Shown piece by piece: positions 25,527 to 39,536 of a DNA stretch of 64,000 nt (within the stretch, counting starts at the first letter, position 1; each line of letters opens with the position of its first letter). Location of the stretch: positions 26,784,001-26,848,000 of the forward strand of contig JAQFVV010000002.1 in assembly GCA_028023455.1 (NCBI GenBank). The letters are read 5' to 3'. The notes under the pieces are model-generated. The model searched no databases. It saw nothing but the letters and a program-made list of their open reading frames with translations, and was not told where the DNA came from. Origin of the DNA: Epiperipatus broadwayi (Eukaryota; Animalia; Onychophora). Both the position numbers and the translations under genes were made by a program.

Positions 25527-25667
25527 CTTAATAACATCTTCTTTGACTAATTCAATATCTGATTTTTCACTTTTCTCTTCTTTCGAATCTTTTTGTGTGG
25601 ATAATTCTGGTTCAAGAACAAAATTTTCATAACCCTGATGCCAAATAAATATTCGATCCATGGCAAC
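25527..25667 (-). CDS. RPAP1: RPAP1 exon 10 (phase 0-0)
   Basis: VAMDRIFIWHQGYENFVLEPELSTQKDSKEEKSEKSDIELVKEDVIK; 74-nt upstream intron. Confidence 0.9.
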
Positions 25668-25741
25668 CTAAATAAAAAGTAATAAACTGAAATATAAATG
25701 TGGAGATATATTAAAAATAATAATTGCAACAAAAGACATAC

Positions 25742-25909
25742 TTCATCAGACTGGCAAACAAGTAGAAAATTCAATGCTTGGACTGCAGCAGCTAAAACAT
25801 TTTCATTATTGTCATCTAGGGCATAGCGAAGTATAAAAATAACTCCACCCAGCAATAACTGAGAAATTAATGGGATATCTAAGTAATTGTCATAAACACC
25901 TTCATTGGC
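25742..25909 (-). CDS. RPAP1: RPAP1 exon 9 (phase 0-0)
   Basis: ANEGVYDNYLDIPLISQLLLGGVIFILRYALDDNNENVLAAAVQALNFLLVCQSDE. Confidence 0.95.
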
Positions 25910-26012
25910 CTAAATAAATAAAAACAAATATATAAGAAAAGTATTATATAAATAAATTAATAAAGAAAGTAACTAAAATCAACTTTTCTTTATTTTTGCT
26001 GTAATATCCTAT

Positions 26013-26272
26013 AAATACAATTTATCCAAACCACTTCAAACACTTTTTAGCAAAACTCTTTATTTGTACATATATATACCCCCATTTCGACTGACCTGCA
26101 GTCTTCTTCAGAGCAAGTTTATTTTGATCTTTTAAAAAAACGTTTTTTTAAAAGATCAAAACAAAGTTGATCTGAAGAAGACTGTAGGTCAGTCGAAACA
26201 TAGGTGTATGTATATGTACAAATAAAGAGTTTTGCTAAAAAGTATTTGAAGCGGTTTGGATAAATTGTATTT
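26013..26272. mobile_element. Spacerless palindrome of two pLTR-like arms with HHR core and helix II
   Basis: Centre at 26141-26142; CTGAAGA A GACTG taggt CAGTC GAAA at 26172-26198 and its mirror at 26085-26111. Confidence 0.75.
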
Positions 26273-26464
26273 AAAGAAATGAACTGATAGTGTACTCAGT
26301 AAAAAGGTAGCTTTGTCCAAGCCTCCTGAAGCGCCATCTTTAAATCAACACATATGTTACAAAGCAACCTAGTTTAACTATTCACCATAAAAATTTTAAA
26401 ATCCTAGCATGTTTGAATCATAAATTATAATATGCAATGCATGATTTATATCTTAATACATGAT

Positions 26465-26630
26465 AACATCAATGCGCCTGATTTTAAATTGGGGAAAACT
26501 GGTACTGAAATGTTTGAGATGATTCAGACAAGGTATGGGTAGTAAAGTCATGAGTCAAAAGAATATTTTAAAGTGGTTTGAAAGTTTTGTGATGGCAGGG
26601 GGGGGGGGCATTTAAGATCATCCAGATACA
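26465..26630 (+). mobile_element. Mariner transposase N-terminal HTH fragment
   Basis: FKLGKTGTEMFEMIQTRYG / VMSQKNILKWFESF, matching the mariner pattern KLGKTATETFEML..AYG..AMS...VFEWF.RF. Confidence 0.7.
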
Positions 26631-27481
26631 AAACAGTTACATTTCACATTATAACCTGTGATCCAGACATGTTACGACATAAAATTTTTTTTATGGTTAA
26701 GAACTAAACTATGTCAATATATAACACGTGTTGATTTACAGATTGCAGGCTTCTTGGTGGTTCTGCAGCGCCGCCTGGTGGTTCATCCAGTTCTTGATAA
26801 AAGCACCAAAAAAATAACACCTGCTTCTTTTTGTAATTGAAATGATTTATAACCTTTACAACTTTTTAAAATAAAAAAAAAAAACCCAACAACTTTGAAT
26901 AGAAAATAAAAATCAATGAAGTACGATCATTTATAAGATTAATACTTAAAAATTTATTATAAAGTCAGTAATATTAGCGGCCACTTATAAGCGAATATGA
27001 TTATTCTAACATCAGAAGAAAAAATAGTAGAAAGATAAAGAATATATAAAATACAAAAACGGAAACATTGTAATCAGAATTGCCGTGTTTGTACTTAAAG
27101 GGTAAAAATATGGTTGCATAAACACATAACACCAGTCACATGAGTGACAGCATGAGAAGTCATGACAACTGGGACTGGAGATAGTAAGATAAAAGATTAA
27201 GCTCTCTGCATAAAGCATATTAAGTAACTAATCAATAGATTTCTATTATTATGACTAAATAATAACACTTTACCATTACTGGTAATTGTTATGATTTGCG
27301 ACTCTCTTAACACAATTGTTAAAACATCTCAATTTTCGAGATACACTATGTGTTATAAATTTTAATAAGCTCCCAAAATCATTAAAATGTAAAAAAAAAA
27401 AAGAACGTATGCCATTTCTTCTACACAACTACGTAAAAATTGGCTGAACTAAACAATTTGTCACTGATATGAGGATCTTTC

Positions 27482-27748
27482 AATTAGTAACTTAATTGGA
27501 GCTGAAATATTTAATCAAACTAGTTTATATTCTTTCTCAGCCATCCCAAATATTAAAAGCATACATTCAAATAGTGTACAAACCTTTTGAAACTTTCTGT
27601 AATTGATCAAAAATAATTAGTAACTTAATTGGAGCGGAAATATTTAATCAAACTAGTTTATATTCTTTCTCAGCCATCCCAAATATTAAAAGCATACATT
27701 CAAATAGTGTACAAACCTTTTGAAACTTTCTGTAATTGATCAAAAATA
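27482..27748 (+). repeat. Recent tandem duplication, 2 x 133 bp
   Basis: Two adjacent copies differing at one position (GAGCTG vs GAGCGG). Confidence 0.95.
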
Positions 27749-28355
27749 TTTATTCATTTTTTATTGTATTTTGTAGAGTTTCATGTACTGTATTGAATCA
27801 ATTCCCAGATGAGGAAAAGCAAACAAAAAATTGTTGATTTTGTTCAAATGAATGGAACTATTATGCTCATCTTTAATGTTAGTGCATGAATGTCACACGA
27901 ACTTCAGAGTAACAGATTGCATGAATTTATTTTTTATTGCACTTCCAATAATATACTTTGTATGCAGAACTAATATTGATCTCATATACCTCTTTTTCAG
28001 TTACATGTGTCTACTTATAATGGTTGATCATTTATGATTCAACATCTCATATTGCCTTAATCACATAAATACTCAACTATGTTACTGACTCACATATTAC
28101 TAAGGTGAGTACTATAACTTTCTTAAACACTTTTGCATATAATACTTTAGGCGTGTGCATAAATTATGATCAAAATAGTTGCAGTTGCAATCTGTAAAAT
28201 AAAAAATAATGAAACTACAGTTTTAAATAAAATTTGTCACAGTCATTAATAGAATCACATTTAAGACACTCATTTATTGAATAGTCCTTATATATGTAAT
28301 TCTTTTAAAATAGAAAATTGTTAAAATTTTCAATAATTTGCAATGTATATGCAAC

Positions 28356-28498
28356 AAACTCTCCATACAGTAGTGCCACTTAGTGCCAACCAGTGTAATA
28401 TAATGGATCCCAGAAGGCTTGTGCACAAAATCCCTATCTATTGCCTTCTGGCATCCATTGATTACTCCGGTTGGCAATGAATGGCATTATGGAGAGTT
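28356..28498. repeat. Hairpin repeat related to 22146-22254
   Basis: Shares AAACTCTCCATACAGTAG(C/T)GCCAC...ATGGAGAGTT and the downstream AGCATAAGAAAT. Confidence 0.7.
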
Positions 28499-29663
28499 CT
28501 TCCTGGTTTAATAACAGTAATGTGCTAGCATAAGAAATAATGATCATGCAACAATAAGCAGTATTTTTTTTTTTTATTACTAATTTTAGTTAATATCAAC
28601 TCTGAACTTTAATCTCTACGACCACAAGCTTATGGCTTAAAGCAAAGATTCCAATATAACCTTGAATATAGTAAAACACAACATTTCCACAGAAACTTTT
28701 TGCCTTGTTTGTGATATTTTCATACAAAAATTGTCCTCTTCCATGTCTAGAAAATAATTTCTGGACTAAAAATCAAAAATAATCAAATGGCTTCATTACT
28801 CTAGAGTTTATAAGAGGTTTGAGTATTCTAAGTGCCAGAATTGTAATCAATTGAGGATCTTATACTCCAGAATCTGACACTGACATTGCACTAAATCCCG
28901 CAGGGCATTCCTGGAAAGATTTTTAATATTAAAAAAAAAAAAAGATTGAGAAATTAACAAATTGCATCATCGCATATTTTGTGTTGGAAGGGGAAAAAAA
29001 TTTTTCATTTGTAAATATTCTATATTTATAAAAATATTTAGATACAAAAATAAAGTATATATATATATTTAAATTAATTAACACACAAAAGTTTATACAG
29101 GTTTGCACATGGCTAACGCATGAAAATTTCATGACTAATGCAGTTCAAATAAAAATTTTCTATTCAGGAATGGTTTAAAAAAATAAACTTTTCTAGGAAT
29201 AAATAATAAAAAAAAAAATATTACATTGAAAATTTCTCAATTTTATAAAGTAAACTTCTACTGCCAAATTATTGTAAGTACACCCATCAAAACAGGCACA
29301 GAGAATTGTAAAATTTTTTAGGAGTAAAGAAAACATATTATTTACAGTTCAGACATAAAATGTGATACACATTAATCAAGAATATTCTTAAGTATTTTTT
29401 TCTATATGCTTTTATTACTGATTCTTCGTTGCTTGATTTAATGCGACAATTGTATTTTTAAAATTACAAAATTCATAGCACTTAAATATAGTCACTGTGT
29501 ATTAACATTAAATATTCACATCTCTATACATGCATGCATATACATAATTAATAAAAAAGAGTTTAAAATGTAAATTTTCTGACATAATTTTTTAATTTTG
29601 TAATTAATTACAGACATCAATCATGATATTTATATATAAAAGTTACTAAATTGTTTAAAATAC

Positions 29664-29765
29664 CAGCTTCATAATATTGCCAAGTGTTTGCAATGCTATC
29701 ACTCTCTGTGATGGGAATGAACTGCGAATTATCTGGAATAGATCTTCTATACTGTAACCTGCAAC
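29664..29765 (-). CDS. RPAP1: RPAP1 exon 8 (phase 0-0)
   Basis: VAGYSIEDLFQIIRSSFPSQRVIALQTLGNIMKL (RPAP1_C core). Confidence 0.95.
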
Positions 29766-31939
29766 CTATAAACACATTACCATTAAATTAATAAAGTAAT
29801 AAAAATATTATAAAGAATATATATATATAGATTAATTATTAATTGATAAATTTTATTGGCAATTGATTTAATAGTGACATCTAGTGAAAGTGATAATTAG
29901 ACTTTATGATTATCTGAGCAGATGTGACAGAAAGGATTCAACAAAAAACTTGGTGTTATTAATATTATTTTCAAATATCACATCTTTTAGTGATAATTTT
30001 TATGAAAAAGGCAAATTAAATGAAAAAAAAAAAACCTAATGAAATGAAGCAAAAAAGATGGGAAAAAAAATTTATACTTTAATTAAAAAAAGCATAAAAA
30101 TTTTATGCTATTATGAATGAAAATAATCTTGATATATTTTCTATCAGCATTTCAATGTAATTGCACAGAAAGAATTTTTCTAGAATTGCAGAAAAAGATA
30201 ATTTTTAAGTTAAACTTTCATAAGATTTCACTATGAAAATGAAACAAATGTCTCAAAAGAGGAAATTTAGGGAATATTATTAACCAAAAAAATATTAAAT
30301 AATACACAAGATAGATTAATAAAAATAAATTTTCCACCATAAACAACAATACTACAAATGAAGTCAGTACCAATCAAAATCAGCTTTATCAATTGTGCAT
30401 TCTATGCATTTACAAAGAGTAATAAGTTTTGGCGTGCAGCAAAATTGACTTAAACTATACAAAAAATAAATTATAAAGTCACTTATTCCTTCTCCACTGA
30501 AATAAAATTTTAGAATATTGTTAAATTTTCATAATAAAAATCATAACCTTTTAAAGTAATACATCATTATGTATGATGCATTCAATATCACACAGTCAAT
30601 ATTAATATCACATGACATGATACTAGCAAAATATCTTCTATCTCACATTTATTTTCTAATCCATTGTTTAACAATGCGGTGACCTTAGTAATCTTCAATA
30701 ATACTTTTAACATGAATACTGTCTTTTCCCAAATGGCTGTTATATATATTTACGAAAGAGTTTTATTTAAAAATAATTACTGAAAAATATTTATTAATGA
30801 CTATATCTATAAAAATTTACTCTTTTGTAATTTTGATTCAATGGGACCAAATAAATATGAGATACATGGTAAAGAATAAACCAAAATTAACTAAATAGAA
30901 TCAAAATAGATAAAAGGTGCACGATTGTTGATACAACTATTAGGATTTAGTTTTTTAAGTAATGTGTGATAAATATATAAATATTCTCAGTTGGAAAATA
31001 TCACACACACATAAAAAAATCAGCAGTAGAATGCAATATTCAGATGTAAAGCATTATTTGTGATCATTTTTCATGAGTAATGCTACTATTTAGAATTTAT
31101 GAGCCTAGATTAACATCGTGGCTTTTAAAATGTTATTTAAAGAGTTTTTTTTTTAAATGGAAAGAGTAGGCACAGATCAGCAAAATTGCTAGGACTGGTC
31201 TTAATAGAAATATAAATCTTAAAAAACAATCTGTCTCATTATACTAATAATTCTTAAAAATATTCCAGATAAACTAAATTTTATACAAAATGACAATTAT
31301 ACTTTTTATTTTTAAGAGTTGCAATAAGTCGTTCATATTTTCAACATTTCCAGTAACAGTATATATAGATGAAAAAAGAAAGCATTACAGAATAAACTAA
31401 ATGATTTAACCATAATTTTTAAAAGGAATATTTAGAGCTTAAATTTAACTTTTTTTAAAAGCTTTAAAATATATTTACTTTGACTTGTATATCAATCATT
31501 ATATATTTCATTTTTTTTTACTTATATGTATTTTATTTCATATTTAATTAACAAAATATGTCTAAAAACTTTATTTTGAAATAAATGGCAATTAGCATGA
31601 ATATCATTTTTGATGTCCTAGACAATATTTTGCTTGCCAACTCTGAAAAATAAATTTTGATCTTTATTTATCAAAATTTATTATGCAAAAATGCCATTTT
31701 CAAGGTATGGTGTTCCAGTGTTCAATATATCAAAAATAGTATAAAAAATATACACATAAGATTTCCTCAATGTTGAAAAAACTCACTGGCTTCATTTTGG
31801 GAAGCTATGTTTCAATACCGATTGTCCAAAAGTTGAACCATATATCATTTAGTACAGATAAGATCTCTGAACACACTCCAGGAAATACAAAGCTGTTGCA
31901 AGACTTCACCATGACTAGTCTTTAATGCAGCAATGCTTC

Positions 31940-32310
31940 GATCAATAAACAATGCTCTGTTATATGGGTAGAACCAAAGAGCCATCCCATAGCCAACTCA
32001 TCCATTCTGTTCTTGTTATTTCTCCAGATCTTCAATTTCACATATATATTCCTATCTTTTATATCATCCAGCAAGGTCAATCTTTTCTGTTCTTTATTTT
32101 GGTTTCCATTCATCATTCCCTCTAAAACACTCTTCGTTAAACTAATCTTTCTTCTTAGTATATGTCCAATCCAGTTTCTTTTTCTATGTCTAATTTTCTC
32201 AATCTCTTCTTTTTTCATTCACTTTTTCCAAAACTTCATTATTTATCAATTTATTCACTCAATTAGCTTTCTTCACTTTTCTCCATGTCCACTCAAACGT
32301 TTTTGGAAGT
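31940..32310 (-). mobile_element. RTE-clade LINE 3' fragment
   Basis: TFEWTWRK...NNEVLEKV / IRHRKRNWIGHILRRKISLTKSVLEGMMNG (RTE C-terminal pattern). Confidence 0.75.
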
Positions 32311-33933
32311 ATAAATAATAGGTCTATGATTTGAGAGACATTTAAGCATGACATGAATTTTGAGTTTGCAATTAAAAATTTTTTAATATTTTAAGTCATT
32401 TCCTTCTCAAAGGCATCAGCTTCGGCTACTACACAAAACTATAGCTTGAATTCAATTCAGTAAAACCATTTTTTTACGAAAAATGTTTAAAAAACCAAAA
32501 CATGCATTACAATCGTTTCTTTGGACAAAATAATGGCCTCATATAATAATGCTTTTTATCAAATTATGAAAGAGATCAGGCTATAGTCCAATATAATTTT
32601 CCAAAAACTGATGCTGCAACAACAGGTATGAGTAAGCTTCTTACATCATAAATTTATCTGGCATGGTTCTAAAAATATTTTCAGTTATTTTTAGTATACA
32701 AATTAAAATTACTTCAGTGACTTAATGCAACACATGGATTATTAATTTTTACGCTAAAGGCACAGACTCCTTTGCAATATATGAATTCATCCCTACTGTC
32801 AAGAAGATATAACTTAAACCTAAGGTTTGAATTTGAATATAATCAATAAAACTATTTTAGTCAGAACATTATATATATAAACATAAAATTAACACTGCTA
32901 AACGTATATGTAATTAAGAAATAAACCACTTTACTTTAGGCTACAAATAAATAATATTCTATATATTAATAAAAAGCCAAGAATTTCCACCTATTCTTTA
33001 AGTTTTTGATGTTTATAAGCTTATCCTTGCTAACATTGGTGGAAAATCAGAGTGCACTTTCAATTAGATGAAAAACATTAAACTAATAATCAATTATCTA
33101 AAGATGGAGACAAAATCTCACTTTTAATATCCTATTAGCATAGCTTAATGATATCTAAATATATATATATAAAAGATTTTTTCTTACCAAAAAGTCAGTG
33201 ACAGAACATGTTTTATATATGTATATGTAATAAATTGACTATAAATACATGTAACCAATCAAATCTTTTAGATTTGCAAAGCACTTTTCCAAAGCTAGTT
33301 ACAAATATTAAACTATCATTCAGTATAAAATTTGCCAGACTTAACTCCCCACCCCACCAACCACTTATTCATACATTTCACAAGAAACCACCATTTTCAG
33401 GTGAGTTAGACTTGAAACACTTGAACATCTACACAGAAATGTTTTAGCAATGAGCCATACATATATGAAGAATTTAACCCATCAATGTTTAAATATTCAT
33501 GTGGGATAACATACACAATTATAGAAATTGAAACATTAATGGATTAAATTAAACACACACACGCATATATATATGAGAAAACTTGTTTAGGCTCAAGAAT
33601 TGTCAGTTAGTAGTAACTGATAATTTCTTGGAAACATCAAAAGTTAAAGGTTATTTCTATTTCCATGGATATTATATCCTCTTTCTATTATTTATTATAA
33701 TAGCAATCCTTGGAAATATTTAATTCATCATATGTAGGTATGTTGAATGTTAAAATGTTCCAAGCTCCAAAACAAAATGGTTGTAATTAAGATGTATAAA
33801 TAAAAAGTCTATCAAATCTGCATGGATGCTGAGGCTTTTATTTATTTATTTGAATGTATACAAATAAATTAAAAATTGTAGAATATATAAAACTATACTG
33901 GGAATTTCCATGTATTTATTTAAATAAAACTTC

Positions 33934-34033
33934 AGTTATGATGCAATCAGGCAAATAACCAATTAAAAATGGTGACTGCAAATTGAAATCACACCATTCA
34001 ATACTAACAAATGGTTTGCCTGACATCATAGCT
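33934..34033. repeat. Short imperfect hairpin (MITE-like)
   Basis: AGTTATGATG..TCAGGCAAA..CCA versus TGGTTTGCCTGACATCATAGCT. Confidence 0.55.
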
Positions 34034-34876
34034 AAAGTTTATCTAAGTAAATATACAGAAATTTTTATTAAACTTTCAATATTTATATCTATCAAATCCA
34101 TGAAAATCCTCTAGCTGATATACATATATGATAATAAGTTATTTCTGATAAAAGCAGCTATAATCTTTCACTACAGTAGAAATCTTTACGAAGAAGTCAA
34201 AAAAAAAAATTATGATTAATTTCTTCATGTAATCCAGTAATGGTCATCTATAGTGGATGCAACAATTGTCACACATTATTGGATCATTGAATTTCTGATT
34301 ATCAAAAGTAAGATTAGATCTTGTAAAATAATATTGTAAACAAAAAAAAAATATTAAGTATTCAAAAAATAAAAAAAATTATATCAAAAATTCAAATTCA
34401 GTAAGACAAATTGTTCTGTGTTCATTTTGTAAGAAGATATTTCACTCTTATCTGATTATAAGATGACTCGTCCACTGTAAGTCCATAACTATTTTGAACT
34501 TTCATTTTGCAAATTTTGTCCTTTGTAAGACTCACAGTTTTGTTCTTTATGAAAACTATCTTCATCAATGAAAAATCAAAATAATCCGACTCTTCAAATT
34601 TGAAAAATGATCTGTTTAATTCAAATATTAAAAGTCTAGTGAAACAAATCAAATTCAGAAACTTCATTAAAGTATCTATACATTTAAATTTTTTCTATAA
34701 TATATTGTTATATTATGAAATACTATTTATTTATAGCATACTGTACTTTATATAAAAATTGAATAGTAAAGTAAAAGTTGTATGAATATGTGAACCACAT
34801 TTGAAAAGATTGGTGAATAGATTATAAAATATTGGCAACTCTTGATCTGAACAATTTTGAACCAAATATTTCTTAC

Positions 34877-34978
34877 CTCTGGTTGATCGCCATGATGATG
34901 CAATCCTTTTTTTACATCCTGTTCAATTCCAGGATTTAAAATATGACCTGAAAAATCAAATCTGGCAGTGCAACCAGT
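34877..34978 (-). CDS. RPAP1: RPAP1 exon 7 (phase 0-0)
   Basis: TGCTARFDFSGHILNPGIEQDVKKGLHHHGDQPE (ARF..G...GLHHHG motif). Confidence 0.97.
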
Positions 34979-35068
34979 CTGAAAAGAGATAAAAACAAAA
35001 CAGGCAGATATAATGTAAATAATAAAAATATAAAATATTTAAAAATAACATAGCAATTTTTTTTTTAC

Positions 35069-35184
35069 CTTAGGATTAAGAGGTCTAGCTTTTGGAAGCT
35101 CTTTAAGCCAAGCTAGTTTATCTGCTTCGAGTTTATTCATATGAAGCCAATTGGTATTAGGTTGAACAGGAAGTTCAGAAGCAT
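35069..35184 (-). CDS. RPAP1: RPAP1 exon 6 (phase 1-0)
   Basis: DASELPVQPNTNWLHMNKLEADKLAWLKELPKARPLNPK (W.HM...E..KL.W...LP). Confidence 0.95.
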
Positions 35185-35696
35185 CTACAAAGGTAAATAA
35201 GAATATATACGTTTTGTTAAATAAATTTTTCTTAAACTTTTAAAACTTGCATTGTCAACAATACTTCATTTACTTTACTTCGGAACCATTTATTTTAAAC
35301 TTAAATAATCAATGTAGATTTGAATATGGCACTATCAGCAAGCATTTGGTGATAATATATGGCAGCTGATAGAAAAAATAGAATGAATTATTAATGTTCC
35401 CAATGAAGATGCACAAAAGCTTAGGGTAATTTAATTTATTAAAAAAAAATCCATTGAAATGTGATTGTACATATTTTAACAATATATATTCAATTACTTA
35501 ATTGAACAAGTTTGTGAATGATAACCTTTCATCACCCTTGATAGTCAAAAAGCCTTGTGAGGTAAAGTTCAATCAATACACCTCTTAATGTTTTCAAAAT
35601 ATAAACTCCATACTTCCATACTTCTGTAGCCAGTGTGTTATAGGTGGCATTAAACGTAGTCAATAACATAATCCAATAAACATTATTCTGAAACCC

Positions 35697-36110
35697 TCAT
35701 TATCATTATCATTTTCAATTATTTTCATTCCAATGCAGAATGAAGGTCTTTCCAAGTTTAGTCCAGTTTCTCTGATATCCCTAACCTCTCTTTTTCTCCA
35801 TAACACATCACAAATTTCTTTATTCCAATTATTCATCTTAGACACGGTCTCTGTTTAGCTCTTTTATAATCTCTTGGAATTAATTTAAAACTTAAATTGT
35901 CCCTCTATTATCTTTTCTTCTACCAATACATTTAGACCAACAGCATTTCCGTTACTTAATTCTTTCAATGATATCAGTGAAATTTCATTTTTGACTTGTT
36001 ACTCCTACGATATATCTTTTCCACAACTTGTTCAGTGGTCTTAAATCTCTGAATTACTTTTCTCACTAAGAAAAACTTCAAATTATTTGTTATAAAATTA
36101 TAAAAAAAAA
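35697..36110 (-). mobile_element. Diverged RTE LINE 3' copy, same family as 55190-56389
   Basis: Ends AAACTTGGAAAGACCTTCATTCTGCA...GATAATGATAATGA, matching the 3' end at 56330-56389. Confidence 0.75.
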
Positions 36111-39100
36111 AAACAATGTTAAAGTAATGAAAAACATATGAAAATCCATCAAATTTATAGAACTCATCACCAGTAAACCAACAAATTCGCAGTAGCATCG
36201 AATAAGCTGTGTGAATAAAATTAATAATTTTAAAAACTTCAGTTATTGCAAGAAAATCAGAAGTCTTTCTCACAACTTCTAAGAAAAAAATGAGCAGATA
36301 AAGCACTAACAAACTTTGAATGCATACTCTCCAGATTAATCATTTTTAGAACCTGAATCAATAAAGCCATATTCCCTCCAACTATTCTTGAATTGACCAA
36401 TCAAGAGACTTCCAGTATAGTTACACATCTCTTAAACTAAGTGTAAATATTGCTAATTAGTAAAAGTATTACTTTCTGATTTTATTTTAATTGTTTATTT
36501 TATTATTTTGTTGTCATGTTTTCACCAGGTGTGATGATCAGGTATAGTTCTCAGCTATCAAATTTATTTATTTATTTTTACAGTAATAAAAATCCAAACA
36601 ATTTTCAGAGTGATTCCCTGACAGAGAAATATGAATAAAGAAAATTTGAACATCCAATTGAATTGGCAAGTTATGATATACTGTTTTGATCTTTGAATAC
36701 ACTTGACTTCATCAATTAATGATAGTATGATAAATAAACATATGTGCATTATATTGAAGCAGTCAATCTTAGCTTAAGATTGAGCTTCATAGTTCTATCT
36801 ACTAACCTGTATTCAAACCTTATATCCCATCCCGCTCCTTTTGTCGTGTATATATATTATATATATATATATATTTGAGATGCGTGCCCAAGTTATAAAA
36901 TTTTAACATTTCAATAACATTTTTTTTAAAATTATTATTAATTCTTTTTTATTAATTATTACTTCTTTTATTTATTAAAGTATTATAGGTGCGGCTCAAA
37001 TATATATATATAGGAGCAAAAACTTACTAACAATATTGATTTTTAAATATTTTATTACATGTCATTTTTAAACTTTTTCTTTTAAATTGCTTGTTTTCCT
37101 ATTAAACTATATATTTTATAAATCCAAGATGGAAGATGCAACCGTTAATTGTCCAAAAATAATTAAAGGGTTGAAAATACTATTGTTTTAATCTGGGGAA
37201 GGTATTTTTAATTAAAGTTTTTACTTAAAATAAAATGGGGATTAAGATTAAAGATTTTTTGTTATAAACATTTTGTCAAATCTATTTCTAATCTGGAAAT
37301 ATATTTGAATTTATTTTTGGATGTTATCTAACGTTGCATCTTTCAAAAACAATGGACAAAGAAATGTAAAATTTCTGTTAGGTCAGAGATTAGATTTGAA
37401 GGCTGAAACTAAGAAATTAAAAGTATTCCAAAAATACCTGGGCAGAGTATAAAATGGCCGGATTTTAAATCACCAACAGAGAGATTAGCTATTATTGAAA
37501 GAACTATACAGTTAACTGAATTCAAGCTATTTTGAAGTGTAAGTATAGAAAGTTCATCACCTTTCTGATCCATGAGGGTCATCTTCCGCTGCCGTTATAT
37601 CATGCTCCCGTAGAATGAAGTAAAAGCCCGATTGGAGAATTGTGGAATGCAGAATAAAAGCTTGCTGTTATTTAAGAACCAATTGCCATGCATGAGCAGA
37701 CTTTAAAATATGGACTCTCAAAATGTTACAAGGTAAATTTCAAGCCGCAAGTAAAGTTAGTCTAACTAATCTCAAACTTTATTATCAAGACTTCTTCCCC
37801 TAATGTATTATTTAACTTTATTTCTAATATATAATATGTAAATTGCTCTCAAATAATTTCTATAAATTTAATTTTTCTCATATGCTCTAACTTTCTTTAA
37901 TTTTGGTGCGGTCATTTATTTATAGTTATTTATTATTTGATTTATATATCTGCTTACTTATTATTAATATGCCAATTTCCAGCAACCTGGCGAACTTAAT
38001 TTCTAAAATCCTTTTTGTCTTTCAATTAAATCTCCATTAATTAAGGTTTTTAATTTTCCCTCAAAATATATTATATGATATATGTTCGCCAGTTTGTTTT
38101 TACGAATCAACATTTTATGTTGGTTTATTATAAAATTATTTGTTCAACTCCGAATAGAATAAAGTAATTCTACCCGGGGTAAATCCACCATTCAAGCTAA
38201 TTAACGCTCTGAAGTCTTTTAAAATGTTTTTGTGCCAGTCTTCTTTTATTTTCCATACTCTTAAAATTTCAAATATTGTATTTCAATATTCCAGTTACTA
38301 TAAAAACCACAAAGGTGGGATTGAATTATTTTAAATATCAGAAAAGGGGGTAAATTTTAATATTTTACTATTTTAGTTATTAAGTAAAATCTTGTGTCTA
38401 TATATATTATAACTGCATAGCATATTATTTGTCTAAATTATGGTATTCAAACAAGGGTCATTTATTTTAAAGCAGTAAATCCTATTTCATGTTGTTAGTG
38501 ACATTCATTCGTACTGCGTTACTGACATTCGGCTCATCTTCGTGATTATATATATGTGCTTCTTAATCTGGGGGTTGTGACAAGTTCGAATCCATAGATT
38601 TCTTCTCAAGTCTTGTCCTGAGGATAGTTAATCTTCCCAGGGCTATTTATTTCGTATAAAAATGCCTCTGGCAGTGATTCCCATAAGTTTGGCACACGCT
38701 ATGCATATCAACTACTTCATAGAAAAAGGCCTCTCGCATTGGTTATATCAGTAAAAGTTTGGGCCACGCCATGCCTATCCACTTTTCTCTAAGCACTGCC
38801 CTAGAAGAGGGGGAGTTAGATTTAGTTTTTCGTCCAGAAGCACGACCTTATTTTTGAGTTCTCTGCCTATGTCGGTATCTTATTCATCTTATTATTTCTT
38901 TTGCTTATGATCTAATTTTAGTGCTGTAATAATATTGAAATTGCACTCTGCTCAATATATATATATATAAATGCCAAATAGTACTAGCTAGATTAATTAC
39001 TAATATTATTTTAGTTTTATTATACAATCCCATCATCATAATTTGTTATTTATCTATTTAAGAATATTTGCCTTGGGGAAAATAAAGCGTTCTTCTTACC

Positions 39101-39536
39101 AGCGCTAATTAAAAGAATTTTCATTAAGTATTTTATCATATAATCAAATATGTTTTCAAATGTATTTTATTTATTTTCAAGACCGCAATGGCGTGAAAAT
39201 GGTTTATATCTGTTATGAATCTCGGAACGCTCCCCGAAATAATGTTAGTCACCATGTTTCAGAACCATAACCCAAAAGCGTTAATAACAATTTTATGTGA
39301 ATTCTTTCTAATAGTCGATTGGCATCTTAATATTGGACCCACCAAAGATGTGTGTTTATTTATAATATATTGTTTAGCTAATAAAGAGCATATGAGAAAT
39401 AATAGCATGAATGACAATATAGTTATCTGTCGTTTGGTAGACTGCTGTCTCATTCACGCACATACTAATGTATGAAATCAATTTATAAATGTATAATTGA
39501 AATAAAATACTAGTTTTCTACTTCACCTTTGAGTAG

